Origin: a virus
Length of the DNA: 64,000 nt
IMG/VR virus record: IMGVR_UViG_3300028384_001275
Coordinates: 1-64,000 of that record
Strand: one strand, 5' to 3'
Positions 1 through 9,089 of the stretch are shown in pieces. Numbering within the stretch: the first letter of the stretch is position 1; each line of letters opens with the position of its first letter. The position numbers were made by a program, and so were the translations under genes. The notes beneath the pieces were generated by a model. The model was not told the origin of the DNA. It worked only from the letters and a program-made list of their open reading frames with translations, and did no database searches.

Positions 1-5
1 CTCGT

Positions 6-299
6 ATGCCTGAGGGTGAAGAGATCCCATACACCCCTAACGACGCTCCCAAGGGCACAGAGCACACGCTCCTGGAGAAGGAGGGTAGTAAGCTGTATTA
101 CTACTTCAAGGGTGGTGCAGACAACCTCCCTCAGATGAAGATTGAGCAGATGTTTATTGCCCTCCTGGAGGGTCTTCATAAGAGTGAAGCAGAAGTCCTG
201 GTGAAGGCAATGAATCGCTCCCTTCACAAGCGTTACAGGATCACTCAGGCAGTCGTTAAGGAAGCCTTCCCATCCATCGAGTGGGGCAATCGCGCTTGA
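6..299 (+). CDS. Conserved cyanophage hypothetical protein, probably 5'-truncated by the window edge
   Basis: Open frame from the window start; MFIALLEGLH...KRYRITQAVVKEAFP resembles the C-terminus of a common T4-like cyanophage protein found upstream of thyX. Confidence 0.6.
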   Translation: MPEGEEIPYTPNDAPKGTEHTLLEKEGSKLYYYFKGGADNLPQMKIEQMFIALLEGLHKSEAEVLVKAMNRSLHKRYRITQAVVKEAFPSIEWGNRA

Positions 300-559
300 A
301 AATTAAAATCCTTAAGAGTCAAGTAGATCCTTCTGCTGCTGAAGATACTTCTCTTCCAAACACAGCTTACCTAGTTGAATATATGCAAGATGGTATTGTT
401 TGTTTTGATATTGTTGTATCTTCAAAGCAAGTAGACATCTTTGATCATTACTATGACAAGTATCGTAAAGACTTCATTACAATGAAGCAGGCGAATGGCA
501 AAGTTAATCCTAAACTGTGGGTAGATCCAACGAAAGCGCAGGAGAAGAAAAAGAAATGA
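296..559 (+). CDS. Hypothetical protein
   Basis: TTG start overlaps the previous stop; LPNTAYLVEY...DIFDHYYD...G.VNPKLW; tightly packed. Confidence 0.65.
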   Translation: MKIKILKSQVDPSAAEDTSLPNTAYLVEYMQDGIVCFDIVVSSKQVDIFDHYYDKYRKDFITMKQANGKVNPKLWVDPTKAQEKKKK

Positions 560-708
560 TTGATGATGATTTTAGAAAATTTGCTGTGAAAACACAACTA
601 GAAAATGTATGTAAAATCTTGGGTGGGGAAGCAAAGCATTATATTTGCACAGATAAAACTACTCAACACGAAAAAATTGTAATCGAATATAACCACGAAA
701 AGAAATGA
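556..708 (+). CDS. Small hypothetical protein
   Basis: ATGA overlaps with both neighbours. Confidence 0.6.
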   Translation: MIDDDFRKFAVKTQLENVCKILGGEAKHYICTDKTTQHEKIVIEYNHEKK

Positions 709-986
709 CAAACAATGATGTTTACTTTGATGCCAAAGCAGTAATTGAGCAAAGACTGAAAGAGGTTGAGGCTAAAACTAAAGAGGCAGATGAAGAGAAA
801 GAGCGTCTAAAAAATATTGAGATGGGTGCTGCAGTAGTGGGATCAATTACTAGATTCTTCGTAGCACCAGTTATTCTTATGTTAGTATGGAATGTAACCA
901 TGCCTGCACTTGGTGTTGTCAATCTTGGTTACTTCACAGCAGTCGGTTTGTATGTAATTGCGAGGATTCTTTTCAGTCATGAGTAA
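705..986 (+). CDS. Hypothetical membrane protein
   Basis: N-terminal charged coil followed by two hydrophobic segments. Confidence 0.65.
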   Translation: MTNNDVYFDAKAVIEQRLKEVEAKTKEADEEKERLKNIEMGAAVVGSITRFFVAPVILMLVWNVTMPALGVVNLGYFTAVGLYVIARILFSHE

Positions 987-1665
987 AGTATGTTTGGTCT
1001 CTGTCACACCTGATGCAGAGAAAACTATTGGTTACATTGCTCGCGTGAGCAACCCAGCAAACCAGGACAACCCTAAGGTTGCTGGTCTGTTGAAGTATTG
1101 CATCAAGCATGGGCACTGGTCTGTGTTTGAGCAAGCGACGATGACTCTGGAGATCACCACTACCAGGGGACTGGCAGCTCAAATCCTGAGGCACCGTAGC
1201 TTCTGCTTCCAAGAGTTTTCCCAACGGTATGCAGACTCCTCTGCATTGGGTGATATCAAACTGCCTGAGTTGCGTCGTCAGGACACTAAGAATCGTCAGA
1301 ATTCTATTGATGATATTGATCCTTTTCTAAAGCAGAAGTATGAGATTCTCATGCAGCAGCACTTTGAGCAGGGTATGAAACTGTATCAAGATATGCTCGA
1401 TGATAACATTGCAAAAGAGTGTGCTCGTTTTGTGCTTCCTCTCGCTGTAGGGACAAAACTCTACATGACAGGCAACCTCAGGTCATGGATTCATTACATC
1501 AATCTGAGGACTGCCAATGGCACTCAGAAGGAGCATATGGAAATTGCTGAGTTGTGTAAGCAACACTTCATCTGTCAGTTTCCAATCGTCTCAGAGGCGC
1601 TTGGGTGGTGTGTAGAGGATGACTGTGGTTGTGATGATATTCAACCTTGTCTTCGTATTGATTGA
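979..1665 (+). CDS. thyX: FAD-dependent thymidylate synthase ThyX
   Basis: H.SVFEQ, QILRHRSF.FQEFSQRY signature, ARFVLP, AQ/TQ.EH motifs; ATG at 979. Confidence 0.95.
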   Translation: MSKVCLVSVTPDAEKTIGYIARVSNPANQDNPKVAGLLKYCIKHGHWSVFEQATMTLEITTTRGLAAQILRHRSFCFQEFSQRYADSSALGDIKLPELRRQDTKNRQNSIDDIDPFLKQKYEILMQQHFEQGMKLYQDMLDDNIAKECARFVLPLAVGTKLYMTGNLRSWIHYINLRTANGTQKEHMEIAELCKQHFICQFPIVSEALGWCVEDDCGCDDIQPCLRID

Positions 1666-1829
1666 TGAAAAATAAGAAATTCAAAAAATTAATACAGAGA
1701 CCTCTGAGGTTTCATCATCAAGACATCCATGAAGAATTGGAAACTATTAAAGAAGATATTGAGGTCATCAAATGCCTACTTATGAATTTAAGAATCGAGA
1801 TACAGGAGAAATCATCGAAGCCCGAATGA
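1665..1829 (+). CDS. Small hypothetical protein (54 aa, not in ORF track)
   Basis: TGATG coupling to thyX; MKNKKFKKLIQRPLRFHHQDIHEELETIK...; overlaps the next gene by 58 nt. Confidence 0.5.
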   Translation: MKNKKFKKLIQRPLRFHHQDIHEELETIKEDIEVIKCLLMNLRIEIQEKSSKPE

Positions 1830-2002
1830 GTATGTCGGAGCTCGATAAATACAAAGAAGAGCATCCTGAGCTTGAAAGATACTTTGGCAATCAAGGTGTC
1901 AACACTACATATGGGAAACCAAAACAATCCGATGGATTTAAGGAGGTTATGTCCCGTATGCAAGAAGCACATCCTCGTGCAAACCTGAGTCGATTTACCT
2001 GA
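1772..2002 (+). CDS. FmdB-like small protein
   Basis: MPTYEFKN.DTGE start typical of FmdB-like proteins; GAGG RBS; position before phoH. Confidence 0.7.
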   Translation: MPTYEFKNRDTGEIIEARMSMSELDKYKEEHPELERYFGNQGVNTTYGKPKQSDGFKEVMSRMQEAHPRANLSRFT

Positions 2003-2006
2003 TATT

Positions 2007-2759
2007 ATGCCTGCAGCAAGAAAGCGTACCAAGACCGCATCTTCGATGAGTGCTAAAGCTATGAGACGCAAAAAACCTATTAATCTAGATCATCTTAAGA
2101 TCATTGAGCCACTAACTCCAAATCAGGAGTCTGTATTTGAAGCATATGCTGAGGGTAAAAATTTAGTATTGCATGGTGCCGCTGGCACAGGTAAAACTTT
2201 TATCAGTCTTTACCTTGCGATGCAGCAAGTCCTTGATCCTGCATCACCTTATGAAAAAGTATACATGGTCAGGTCTCTAGTCCCCACAAGGGAGATTGGA
2301 TTCCTACCTGGAGATCATGAGGACAAGAGTAACCTTTACCAGATTCCATATAAGAATATGGTGAAGTATATGTTTGAGATGCCTGATGATGCAGCGTTTG
2401 ATAGTTTGTATGACAACCTGAGAGCACAGGAAACTGTTTCTTTCTGGTCCACGTCGTTTATTCGTGGTGTCACATTGGATAAATGTATTATCATCGTTGA
2501 TGAATTCTCTAACCTCAACTTCCACGAGCTAGACTCGATCATCACCCGAGTGGGTGAAGACTGTAAGATCATTTTCTCAGGTGACTATACTCAGTCTGAC
2601 CTGGTTAAGATGAATGAGAAGACTGGTGTGCTAGACTTCATGAAGATTCTTCAGTCCATGCCGTCCTTCCACTGCGTTGAGTTTGGCATTGAAGATATCG
2701 TTAGATCTGGTTTGGTGCGTGAGTATCTTGTCAGTAAAATCAACATGGGATTTGGGTGA
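2007..2759 (+). CDS. phoH: PhoH-family ATPase
   Basis: GAAGTGKT Walker A, IGFLPG, FIRG.T, IIVDE, GD..QSD, DIVRSGLV. Confidence 0.95.
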   Translation: MPAARKRTKTASSMSAKAMRRKKPINLDHLKIIEPLTPNQESVFEAYAEGKNLVLHGAAGTGKTFISLYLAMQQVLDPASPYEKVYMVRSLVPTREIGFLPGDHEDKSNLYQIPYKNMVKYMFEMPDDAAFDSLYDNLRAQETVSFWSTSFIRGVTLDKCIIIVDEFSNLNFHELDSIITRVGEDCKIIFSGDYTQSDLVKMNEKTGVLDFMKILQSMPSFHCVEFGIEDIVRSGLVREYLVSKINMGFG

Positions 2760-3433
2760 TGAGTTTTAATTATGTGGGTCCTGGTGCTCAACTCTCTGAG
2801 TATGAGTCTAGGACCCTTCCTCATGGACGTTTTTACAACATCGATGGGCAGTGGCTACCAAGTGTTACCACCGTTGTGGGGCACAATACAAAGCATAGTA
2901 TTCTGAAGTGGCAACAACGTGTCGGTGAGGAGCAGGCTGAGAAAGTAAGAAATGCTGCGTCGTGGCGTGGCACAAAGTATCACACTATCGTTGAGCACTA
3001 TCTTAAAAATGACTTGGAAAAAACTAAAGAGAGCGAGGGTCTTCCCCAGTACCTTTTTAGGGCTGCTCGTCAGGATCTTGATCGCATTTCTGATATACAC
3101 GTTCTTGAAGCCCCTCTTTACTCTCGTCGCCTTGGTATTGCTGGGCGCGTTGATTGCATTGCTCACTATGATGGTGAGCTTGCTATAATCGACTTCAAAA
3201 CTACTACCAAAATCAAAAAAGAAGCATACCTTGAGAAGTATTTTGTGCAGGAAGCAGCATATGCTTACATGTATTATGAGATGACAGGGATCGAAGTGGA
3301 CAAACTGGTTACATTATCTGTTGCTGAGGACATGACTACACAAGTTGTCCAAAAGTATGATAAAATTCCTTATATTAATACACTCATCGATTGGATCAGA
3401 GAGTATCGTTATTATGTTGGGAGTATTAAATGA
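2759..3433 (+). CDS. PD-(D/E)XK exonuclease (Cas4/RecB-like)
   Basis: LPSVTTV, RGT..H, AGRVDCIA...IIDFKT, Q..AY motifs; usual phoH-exo-gp33 synteny. Confidence 0.85.
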   Translation: MSFNYVGPGAQLSEYESRTLPHGRFYNIDGQWLPSVTTVVGHNTKHSILKWQQRVGEEQAEKVRNAASWRGTKYHTIVEHYLKNDLEKTKESEGLPQYLFRAARQDLDRISDIHVLEAPLYSRRLGIAGRVDCIAHYDGELAIIDFKTTTKIKKEAYLEKYFVQEAAYAYMYYEMTGIEVDKLVTLSVAEDMTTQVVQKYDKIPYINTLIDWIREYRYYVGSIK

Positions 3434-3675
3434 AAGAAATTGAAGAAAAGTTTATGACACAAGGTAAGTTTACGTCCCTTGTTGAATCCCGTGTTAAAGC
3501 AAGTCAAGGACTCATCAATTATATTGAAGCAGTAACTTCAGTATGTGAAGAGTTTGAGATTGAAGTTGAGACTGTAGGCAAGTTAATTTCCAAACCTCTA
3601 AAAGACAAACTCAAGTGGGATGCTCAACAACTTAATTATATTAAACGGACAACCCGAGGAGTACTCCCTCTATGA
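3430..3675 (+). CDS. gp33: Late-promoter transcription accessory protein gp33
   Basis: NYIEAV...KLISKPLKDKLK.DAQ.LN pattern and synteny. Confidence 0.85.
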   Translation: MKEIEEKFMTQGKFTSLVESRVKASQGLINYIEAVTSVCEEFEIEVETVGKLISKPLKDKLKWDAQQLNYIKRTTRGVLPL

Positions 3676-4034
3676 CTGAATCATTTTTCAAATCCGATGT
3701 CGTTGTAGAAGAGCTGGAAGATATCCAGAAGACATATACCGACCTACTAAAGATGTCACAAAACCTTTCCGAGTTTTCTCCTTCGGAAAGGTTGGATCAC
3801 ATCAATAAAACTCTAGAGTTAATCGCAAAGCAGAAAGTATTCTATGCACGATTGGCACTTGCTTCCCACGGTCTTGATCCTGATGAGGACACCGAGGAAG
3901 TTAACTATGTAAAAGATCGTATAGATATGTTATCCACGGAGTATTCTGGTGGAATGAATCTTCTGGCAATTCTTGACCAGATGGAAACTAAATTGCGTAA
4001 CTGGAAAAAGGAGATCCGAGATGCCGAATCCTAA
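3672..4034 (+). CDS. DUF1825-like hypothetical protein
   Basis: FFKSDVV..EL...KQKVFYARL.L pattern; sits between gp33 and gp32. Confidence 0.6.
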   Translation: MTESFFKSDVVVEELEDIQKTYTDLLKMSQNLSEFSPSERLDHINKTLELIAKQKVFYARLALASHGLDPDEDTEEVNYVKDRIDMLSTEYSGGMNLLAILDQMETKLRNWKKEIRDAES

Positions 4035-4173
4035 TCAACTTTACATAGACATGCAAAAGCTTGATGATTTATATGAAGAATTGATGTGGGACGTTGACGA
4101 CGACCTTCAGTTTACACACGACGGCGAGAAGGTCCTGATCATAAACCGCACACAGCAGGTTGACAAGGACTGA
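4021..4173 (+). CDS. Small hypothetical protein
   Basis: GGAG RBS upstream, ATG at 4021. Confidence 0.55.
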   Translation: MPNPNQLYIDMQKLDDLYEELMWDVDDDLQFTHDGEKVLIINRTQQVDKD

Positions 4174-4188
4174 TCAATACGCCATAAT
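4160..4188 (+). promoter_or_regulatory. Sigma70-type promoter for gp32
   Basis: TTGACA (4160-4165), 17 nt, CATAAT (4183-4188). Confidence 0.75.
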
Positions 4189-4194
4189 ACTTTT

Positions 4195-4268
4195 GTTGGG
4201 CAGATGAGTCGGGGAGACCCGCCTGGACGTAAGACCCAACGCTTAAACAAAAACAACGGAGAAACACA
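4195..4268 (+). promoter_or_regulatory. Structured 5' leader of gp32 (likely autogenous operator)
   Basis: GTTGGG/CCCAAC outer stem, CGGG-GAGA-CCCG GNRA hairpin, then an A/C-rich unstructured stretch to the RBS. Confidence 0.55.
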
Positions 4269-5204
4269 ATGTCCTTTTCTAGTCTCAAGAAAAAGTCTGG
4301 GTCCTTTGCTAATTTGACTCAGCAGATTGAGAAGATGTCTAAACCCAAGGGTGCAGGTCCCGATGAGCGCCTGTGGAAACCTGGTGTAGACAAGTCTGGT
4401 AATGGTTATGCGGTGATTCGATTCTTGCCTGAGCCCGATGGAGAGGACCTGCCCTGGGCACAAGTCTGGTCCCATGCCTTCAAAGGACCTCAAGGTCAAT
4501 GGTATATTGAAAACTCTCTCACGACTTTGAATCAAAAGGATCCTGTGGGTGAGCTCAACCGCACTCTTTGGAATAGTGGTATTGAATCCGACAAAGAGAT
4601 TGCTCGTAAGCAGAAGCGCAAGCTGTCTTACTACAGCAACATCTATGTTGTGAAGGATCAGCTGAATCCCGAGAATGAGGGTAAAGTTTTCCTCTATAAG
4701 TATGGTAAGAAGATCCACGATAAGATCGTGTCTTCTATGCAACCTCAGTTTGAGGATGAAGAGCCTATCAATCCTTTCGATCTGTGGAAAGGTGCTGACT
4801 TCCGTATCAAGATCCAGACCATTGGTGGTTATTGGAATTACGATAAGTCCGACTTTGCACAACCCGCCACTCTGGGTGGTTTTGAAGACGAGCGACTGGA
4901 AGAGATCTGGAAGTCCCAGTATTCTCTGAAGGAATTCACTGCTCCTTCCGCCTTCAAGTCTTATGAAGAGTTGGAAGCACGTCTTAACATGGTGCTGGGC
5001 ACCTCCTCTACGCCTTCAGTGCGTCGTAGTGATGAGAGTTTTGATGCTGAAGATGGTTTCAACTCACCTGACATTATGACACCTTCACCAGTGGTCCAAG
5101 CAGACCCCACTCCGAGTGGTTTTGGTGATAAGATTGAAGAGTTGAGCAAGTCGGACGATGGTCCTGACCTTGATTACTTTGCTTCTCTCGCTAACGACGA
5201 CTGA
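4269..5204 (+). CDS. gp32: Single-stranded DNA-binding protein gp32
   Basis: DERLWKP..DKSGNGYAVIRFLP, WYIENS.TT, KRKLSYYSNI, NYDKS.F, acidic tail DLDYFASLA. Confidence 0.95.
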   Translation: MSFSSLKKKSGSFANLTQQIEKMSKPKGAGPDERLWKPGVDKSGNGYAVIRFLPEPDGEDLPWAQVWSHAFKGPQGQWYIENSLTTLNQKDPVGELNRTLWNSGIESDKEIARKQKRKLSYYSNIYVVKDQLNPENEGKVFLYKYGKKIHDKIVSSMQPQFEDEEPINPFDLWKGADFRIKIQTIGGYWNYDKSDFAQPATLGGFEDERLEEIWKSQYSLKEFTAPSAFKSYEELEARLNMVLGTSSTPSVRRSDESFDAEDGFNSPDIMTPSPVVQADPTPSGFGDKIEELSKSDDGPDLDYFASLANDD

Positions 5205-5479
5205 TGAAACTGTTTGCCCTCCCTCTGCTGCTACTGACTGCGGCACCTGCCAATGCACTTACCTGGAAAGAATTCTGGGAGCCGTTTGATGGAGGGCATC
5301 ATCACCATCACTATTATCGAGACCATTACTATTACCCAAGACCAATGTGCGAAGTCTATGTAACTAAAAGACATTGGGTGCCAGGGTATTGGTTGGGTCC
5401 CAACAGATACGTTGAAGGATACTGGGAGAGTAGAGGACACACCAAGCTTCGTCCCTGCAAAAGGAGAAATCGAGTCTAA
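5204..5479 (+). CDS. Secreted/membrane-targeted His/Tyr-rich small protein
   Basis: Signal-peptide-like N-terminus (..AAPANA), His run, WVPGYW/YVEGYW repeats. Confidence 0.65.
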   Translation: MKLFALPLLLLTAAPANALTWKEFWEPFDGGHHHHHYYRDHYYYPRPMCEVYVTKRHWVPGYWLGPNRYVEGYWESRGHTKLRPCKRRNRV

Positions 5480-5502
5480 ACCAAAATCGACTTTTAATTC
5501 AC

Positions 5503-5535
5503 AAATACCCCGAAAAAAAATTCGGGGTATTTTTT
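5503..5535. terminator. Bidirectional intrinsic terminator
   Basis: AAATACCCCGAA / TTCGGGGTATTT inverted repeat plus T-run, between convergent genes. Confidence 0.8.
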
Positions 5536-5553
5536 GGTCTGTAGGGTTTTTAA

Positions 5554-6513
5554 TTAATATCCACTGCCACCAGACGATCCACTAGATCCCGAAGATCCGC
5601 TAGATTCACTCGAGCTGCTCGATCCACCTAAATTGTCATCAACGGTAGAACTACCAAATTGGTTAGTCGTAGAAGATGCCGTAGATCCTGTTGTTGTCCT
5701 AACTGTAGTAGATCCATCAGCAAGTGTCTGACCTTCAGTAATGCGACCAGTGGATCCAGAGCGAGTGAAGGTTTTCACACCATAATCCACATTGGATGCA
5801 AACGAGATTGTAGGTATCTGACCAATATTTGTCGAATACATCTCTTTTGTGCTGATAAACGACTCTTCGATAGCATCGAAAGTTTGCTTCATTCCCGACT
5901 CATTATCCAATTCAGCAGAATCGAGATATTCGACCAATTCTTCAAATTCATTAACAAAGTCTTGCAAATACTCATTTCTCAAAATGTAGATATTGCGTTT
6001 GTAGTCGTTAAGAGCAGATTCATGCTCGTAATTAGTAATTGGCACTATCAGGTCATCTGTGGGGACTACAGTGCCATCTGGGCGAGTATATGAGAAGTCC
6101 TGAGGAATGATTTTGCCTTCTTTAAGCAAAACTCTACCGTTAATGTCTTTTACCTCTAAAGATTCATAATGGTGAATTTTCTCAACCTCAGATGTGCCAT
6201 ATTTACGAGCACAGAATTTGTATAACTCATGCTCATCCATAGGCCACTCTTCGTAGACATTAATGACATTATTGACTAAGAGCACTACCCAGTCAAACGC
6301 AGAGTCGCCATATTCAGTAAAAGCAACTTGCTCAGGTCTTTCATTGTTTTTTACTGTATACTGGGAAAATCCCAAAATCATGTCATCAACCTGATCGCGA
6401 ATCTTAATTCGACGGAAGAGGTTTTTAGCTGCTACAAAAGGATCGATACTATCCGTCCGATAGCTAGATGTCCTAACTTTAACATTGGGCAGATAAGAAA
6501 AATAACTTGACAT
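5554..6513 (-). CDS. gp53: Baseplate wedge protein gp53
   Basis: MSSYFSYLPN, KNLFRR, ERPEQVA..YG....WVVLLVN, WP, IHHYE; Ser/Gly-rich tail. Confidence 0.85.
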   Translation of the reverse strand: MSSYFSYLPNVKVRTSSYRTDSIDPFVAAKNLFRRIKIRDQVDDMILGFSQYTVKNNERPEQVAFTEYGDSAFDWVVLLVNNVINVYEEWPMDEHELYKFCARKYGTSEVEKIHHYESLEVKDINGRVLLKEGKIIPQDFSYTRPDGTVVPTDDLIVPITNYEHESALNDYKRNIYILRNEYLQDFVNEFEELVEYLDSAELDNESGMKQTFDAIEESFISTKEMYSTNIGQIPTISFASNVDYGVKTFTRSGSTGRITEGQTLADGSTTVRTTTGSTASSTTNQFGSSTVDDNLGGSSSSSESSGSSGSSGSSGGSGY

Positions 6514-7455
6514 TTAGCCTCTCCCCTTATAACTTTCTTTGGTCAGGTAAGATGTTTCTTGGAATGAAAGTGAAATATTGTATGAAACAGGACCATAATC
6601 AAAATCTCTAGAAACAAAATTCTGGGTCTGAAGAGATGCATAGTTTCCATCGGGAGAATAATCAACTCCCATATTGGTAAGGACCATTTTAGATGGAAAA
6701 GACATCAATTTTTGAATAACGCCAGGCGCTTCACCAGTGCCAGGATTCTTGACTTTATCTTGTGTGGGAGATGAGACGTGTCTGATAATACTCATTCTGA
6801 AATAGTCAGGAATGGTCAACCAAGACTTACCATCCTTACCAGGAAGCATTGCAATTCTTAATTTGTCAATGATTTTGACAATAGTTTCAACGTCAGTAGT
6901 ATTTTTGGGCACCATCTTAAAATTGAAACTGTGGTTTCTAAAACCTGTACCCTGAAAGATTGCTTCTTCATATGGATTGAAGACTTTACCTGTCGTTAGA
7001 GCAGAAAGACTGTTTCTATCTAATCCTGGATTTGCACCAGTCAGACCAACTGCTTTATTAATGACATCAGCACCAATTTTATATCCAATAGAAGGTTTTG
7101 CTGCTTGTGCTGCAGCTGCAACTTGATTGCCGATAGAGTCTGGCAACCCACCAGCAGCAATAGCATCACCTGCTATCCCAACCGCAGCAGCACCAACCTC
7201 TCCCAATTCAACACCGTTGTATTTTGCAGAATATTGCTCGGAGAGTTTGTTTGGGAGGTAGAGATAAATAGGTTCACCGAGCTGTGCTTCTTCTGCTTGA
7301 ATAGCGTTGAAACCACCCTTGGTGTCTCCTTTGAAAATATCCAGTTTAAGATAATCGATAACCTCATTAGAGAATCTATTCTCTTTTCGGATTGCCGATG
7401 CGCTGGTATCACTATTAGGACCCGCTGGTTTATATCTTGGAAACACTAATGCCAT
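6514..7455 (-). CDS. gp48: Baseplate tail-tube cap gp48
   Basis: IYLYLP, FNP.EE.IFQG..FR.HSF.FKM.PK, LT...VDY.PDG, LSFQE; synteny with gp53/gp4. Confidence 0.8.
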   Translation of the reverse strand: MALVFPRYKPAGPNSDTSASAIRKENRFSNEVIDYLKLDIFKGDTKGGFNAIQAEEAQLGEPIYLYLPNKLSEQYSAKYNGVELGEVGAAAVGIAGDAIAAGGLPDSIGNQVAAAAQAAKPSIGYKIGADVINKAVGLTGANPGLDRNSLSALTTGKVFNPYEEAIFQGTGFRNHSFNFKMVPKNTTDVETIVKIIDKLRIAMLPGKDGKSWLTIPDYFRMSIIRHVSSPTQDKVKNPGTGEAPGVIQKLMSFPSKMVLTNMGVDYSPDGNYASLQTQNFVSRDFDYGPVSYNISLSFQETSYLTKESYKGRG

Positions 7456-7888
7456 GAGTTATTCTGGAAAATATCGCCCGTCAAATAGACATAAGTATAA
7501 GGGTGATCCTACAAATATTATTTATAGGTCTTTGTGGGAAAAGAAGTTTATGGTATGGTGTGATAAAAATGAGAATGTAGTGGAGTGGGGCAGTGAAGAG
7601 ATTGTCATCCCGTATATTAGTCCTGTCGATAATAGGATTCATCGCTATTTTCCAGACTTCTACGTCAGAGCACGGACCAGGAGTGGAAGGACTCAGAAGT
7701 TCATTATTGAGGTTAAACCGAAGTCGCAATGTGCTCCACCGAAGAAACAGAGAAAGCTTACCAAACGGTATTTGAGTGAAGTCAAGACCTATGCCGTCAA
7801 TGATGCGAAGTGGAAGGCAGCAAGGGAGTATTGTAAAGACCGCAAGATGGAATTCATGATACTTACTGAAAAAGAATTGAAGGTATGA
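7454..7888 (+). CDS. gp4: Head completion nuclease gp4
   Basis: KYKGDPTNIIYRSLWE, W.SEEIVIPY.SP.D...HRYFPDF, IEVKP, N.AKWKAA. Confidence 0.9.
   Translation: MSYSGKYRPSNRHKYKGDPTNIIYRSLWEKKFMVWCDKNENVVEWGSEEIVIPYISPVDNRIHRYFPDFYVRARTRSGRTQKFIIEVKPKSQCAPPKKQRKLTKRYLSEVKTYAVNDAKWKAAREYCKDRKMEFMILTEKELKV
7519..7526 (-). promoter_or_regulatory. T4-type late promoter TATAAATA for gp48-gp53, inside gp4
   Basis: Perfect TATAAATA on the - strand about 65 nt before the gp48 start. Confidence 0.6.
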
Positions 7889-8355
7889 GCATCTTTACTG
7901 ACGTTAAAGATCTGGCAGAGGGTCAGAAAAAGTCAAAGGACTGGTATCGCGATCAGTTATTTTATGGTCTTGAATCTTATACGGGATCATTTGAGCCTGG
8001 TGATATTATTATTTTCAGATATGCAGCTGCCACTGAAAAACTCCAGTTTTGGGATACTTGCCCAATGGTGTTAATCACAGATTTAGATGTTAAGAATCAG
8101 CAATTTTCAGGACACAATGCACATTATCTGAGACCCAGCACTAGAAGAGGTATATGTAATACCTGGGCAGCAGGTAGTAAGGCAGCACCTGGGCGTTGTT
8201 ATCATAAATACTTCATGTCTAATGCTAGTAGCATCTATAAGGTGCCGAATGCAGAACTTAAAAATATGACACCTCTCCCTGTTGAGCAATTTGTATTGAG
8301 GACTATAGGGAGGACTATGGAAGTGCCAAGCAGCTTTATCTGGGGTAGACTTTAA
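7885..8355 (+). CDS. gp2: DNA end protector gp2-like protein
   Basis: F.Y.A.....WD..P.V, F.G.N.HYL, .HKY, LPVEQF; follows gp4. Confidence 0.65.
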   Translation: MSIFTDVKDLAEGQKKSKDWYRDQLFYGLESYTGSFEPGDIIIFRYAAATEKLQFWDTCPMVLITDLDVKNQQFSGHNAHYLRPSTRRGICNTWAAGSKAAPGRCYHKYFMSNASSIYKVPNAELKNMTPLPVEQFVLRTIGRTMEVPSSFIWGRL

Positions 8356-9089
8356 TGTCAGCTAATTCATTTTCAGTATTCAGAGATTTGGCAACATCTG
8401 GCAGGATGGAGCCATCAAGATCCAATCTCTATTCAGTAGAGATTCAAGTTCCTGCTGTCTTGGCATTGGACAGTAGTCTTAGTAATACTTCTGGTAGAGC
8501 AGATTACTATCAGGCTATAAACTATTTTGCTGATAATGTGACTGCTCCTGGAAGAAGGATCACCACAGGGCAGGTGAGAGATGTTGGTGCAATGCGTCGT
8601 TTTGCTACAGATACTACATTTTCTGAGATAACGTGCTCATTCATTGTTACCAAGAATATGTTTCATAGACATTGGTTTGAAAAATGGATGAATTATACAG
8701 CATCTGACTCTGAGAATCGAGCATCCTTCTATGATGAATATACTGCCGACATTTATATCAATAAATGGGAAGTGGGGTCTAATGTAGTTTTTGAAGGTAG
8801 GACTGATGATGGGGAGAGATATACGCAGAGGATGAATAGATCCACAGCAACATGGGTGATGTATAATGCATTCCCATATGATATGTCAGAATTGACCTTC
8901 AATAATGGTGCTGCTGATCTTTTGAAATTAGATATTTCATTTTACTATGAAAGGTATCGTTTTGATACTATTGCCATGGATAAACTTAAGTTTGGTGGCA
9001 AAGACAAGTACATCAATAGTTTCCAAGATATTGCTGCAAAACTAGGTTATAGTCAACAGCAAGCAGATGTTACCCGATTTGGTGTCTAA
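8355..9089 (+). CDS. Tail-tube-like protein (gp19/gp54 family)
   Basis: R.NLY.V, V..PG, F..W, AFP...S...N, L.I.F.Y fold motifs; synteny before gp26. Confidence 0.65.
   Translation: MSANSFSVFRDLATSGRMEPSRSNLYSVEIQVPAVLALDSSLSNTSGRADYYQAINYFADNVTAPGRRITTGQVRDVGAMRRFATDTTFSEITCSFIVTKNMFHRHWFEKWMNYTASDSENRASFYDEYTADIYINKWEVGSNVVFEGRTDDGERYTQRMNRSTATWVMYNAFPYDMSELTFNNGAADLLKLDISFYYERYRFDTIAMDKLKFGGKDKYINSFQDIAAKLGYSQQQADVTRFGV

Noticed and set aside
979-1665. Intron or intein in thymidylate synthase, as in T4 td
   Set aside because: ThyX is continuous and of normal length; only a short Cys-rich C-terminal tail is extra.
2759-3433. Cas4-like nuclease suggesting a CRISPR locus
   Set aside because: No repeat-spacer array or other cas genes seen; this exonuclease is a routine neighbour of phoH and gp33.
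4201-4233. CAGATGAGTC...GACGTAA resembles a hammerhead core (CUGAUGA...GAAA)
   Set aside because: Two core positions differ and there is no stem I or NUH cleavage triplet; a gp32 operator is the simpler explanation.
4107-4862. 251-aa minus-strand ORF, and similar antisense ORFs such as 13341..14090, 18531..19133 and 60097..60555
   Set aside because: Shadows of well-supported + strand genes, with no recognisable motifs.
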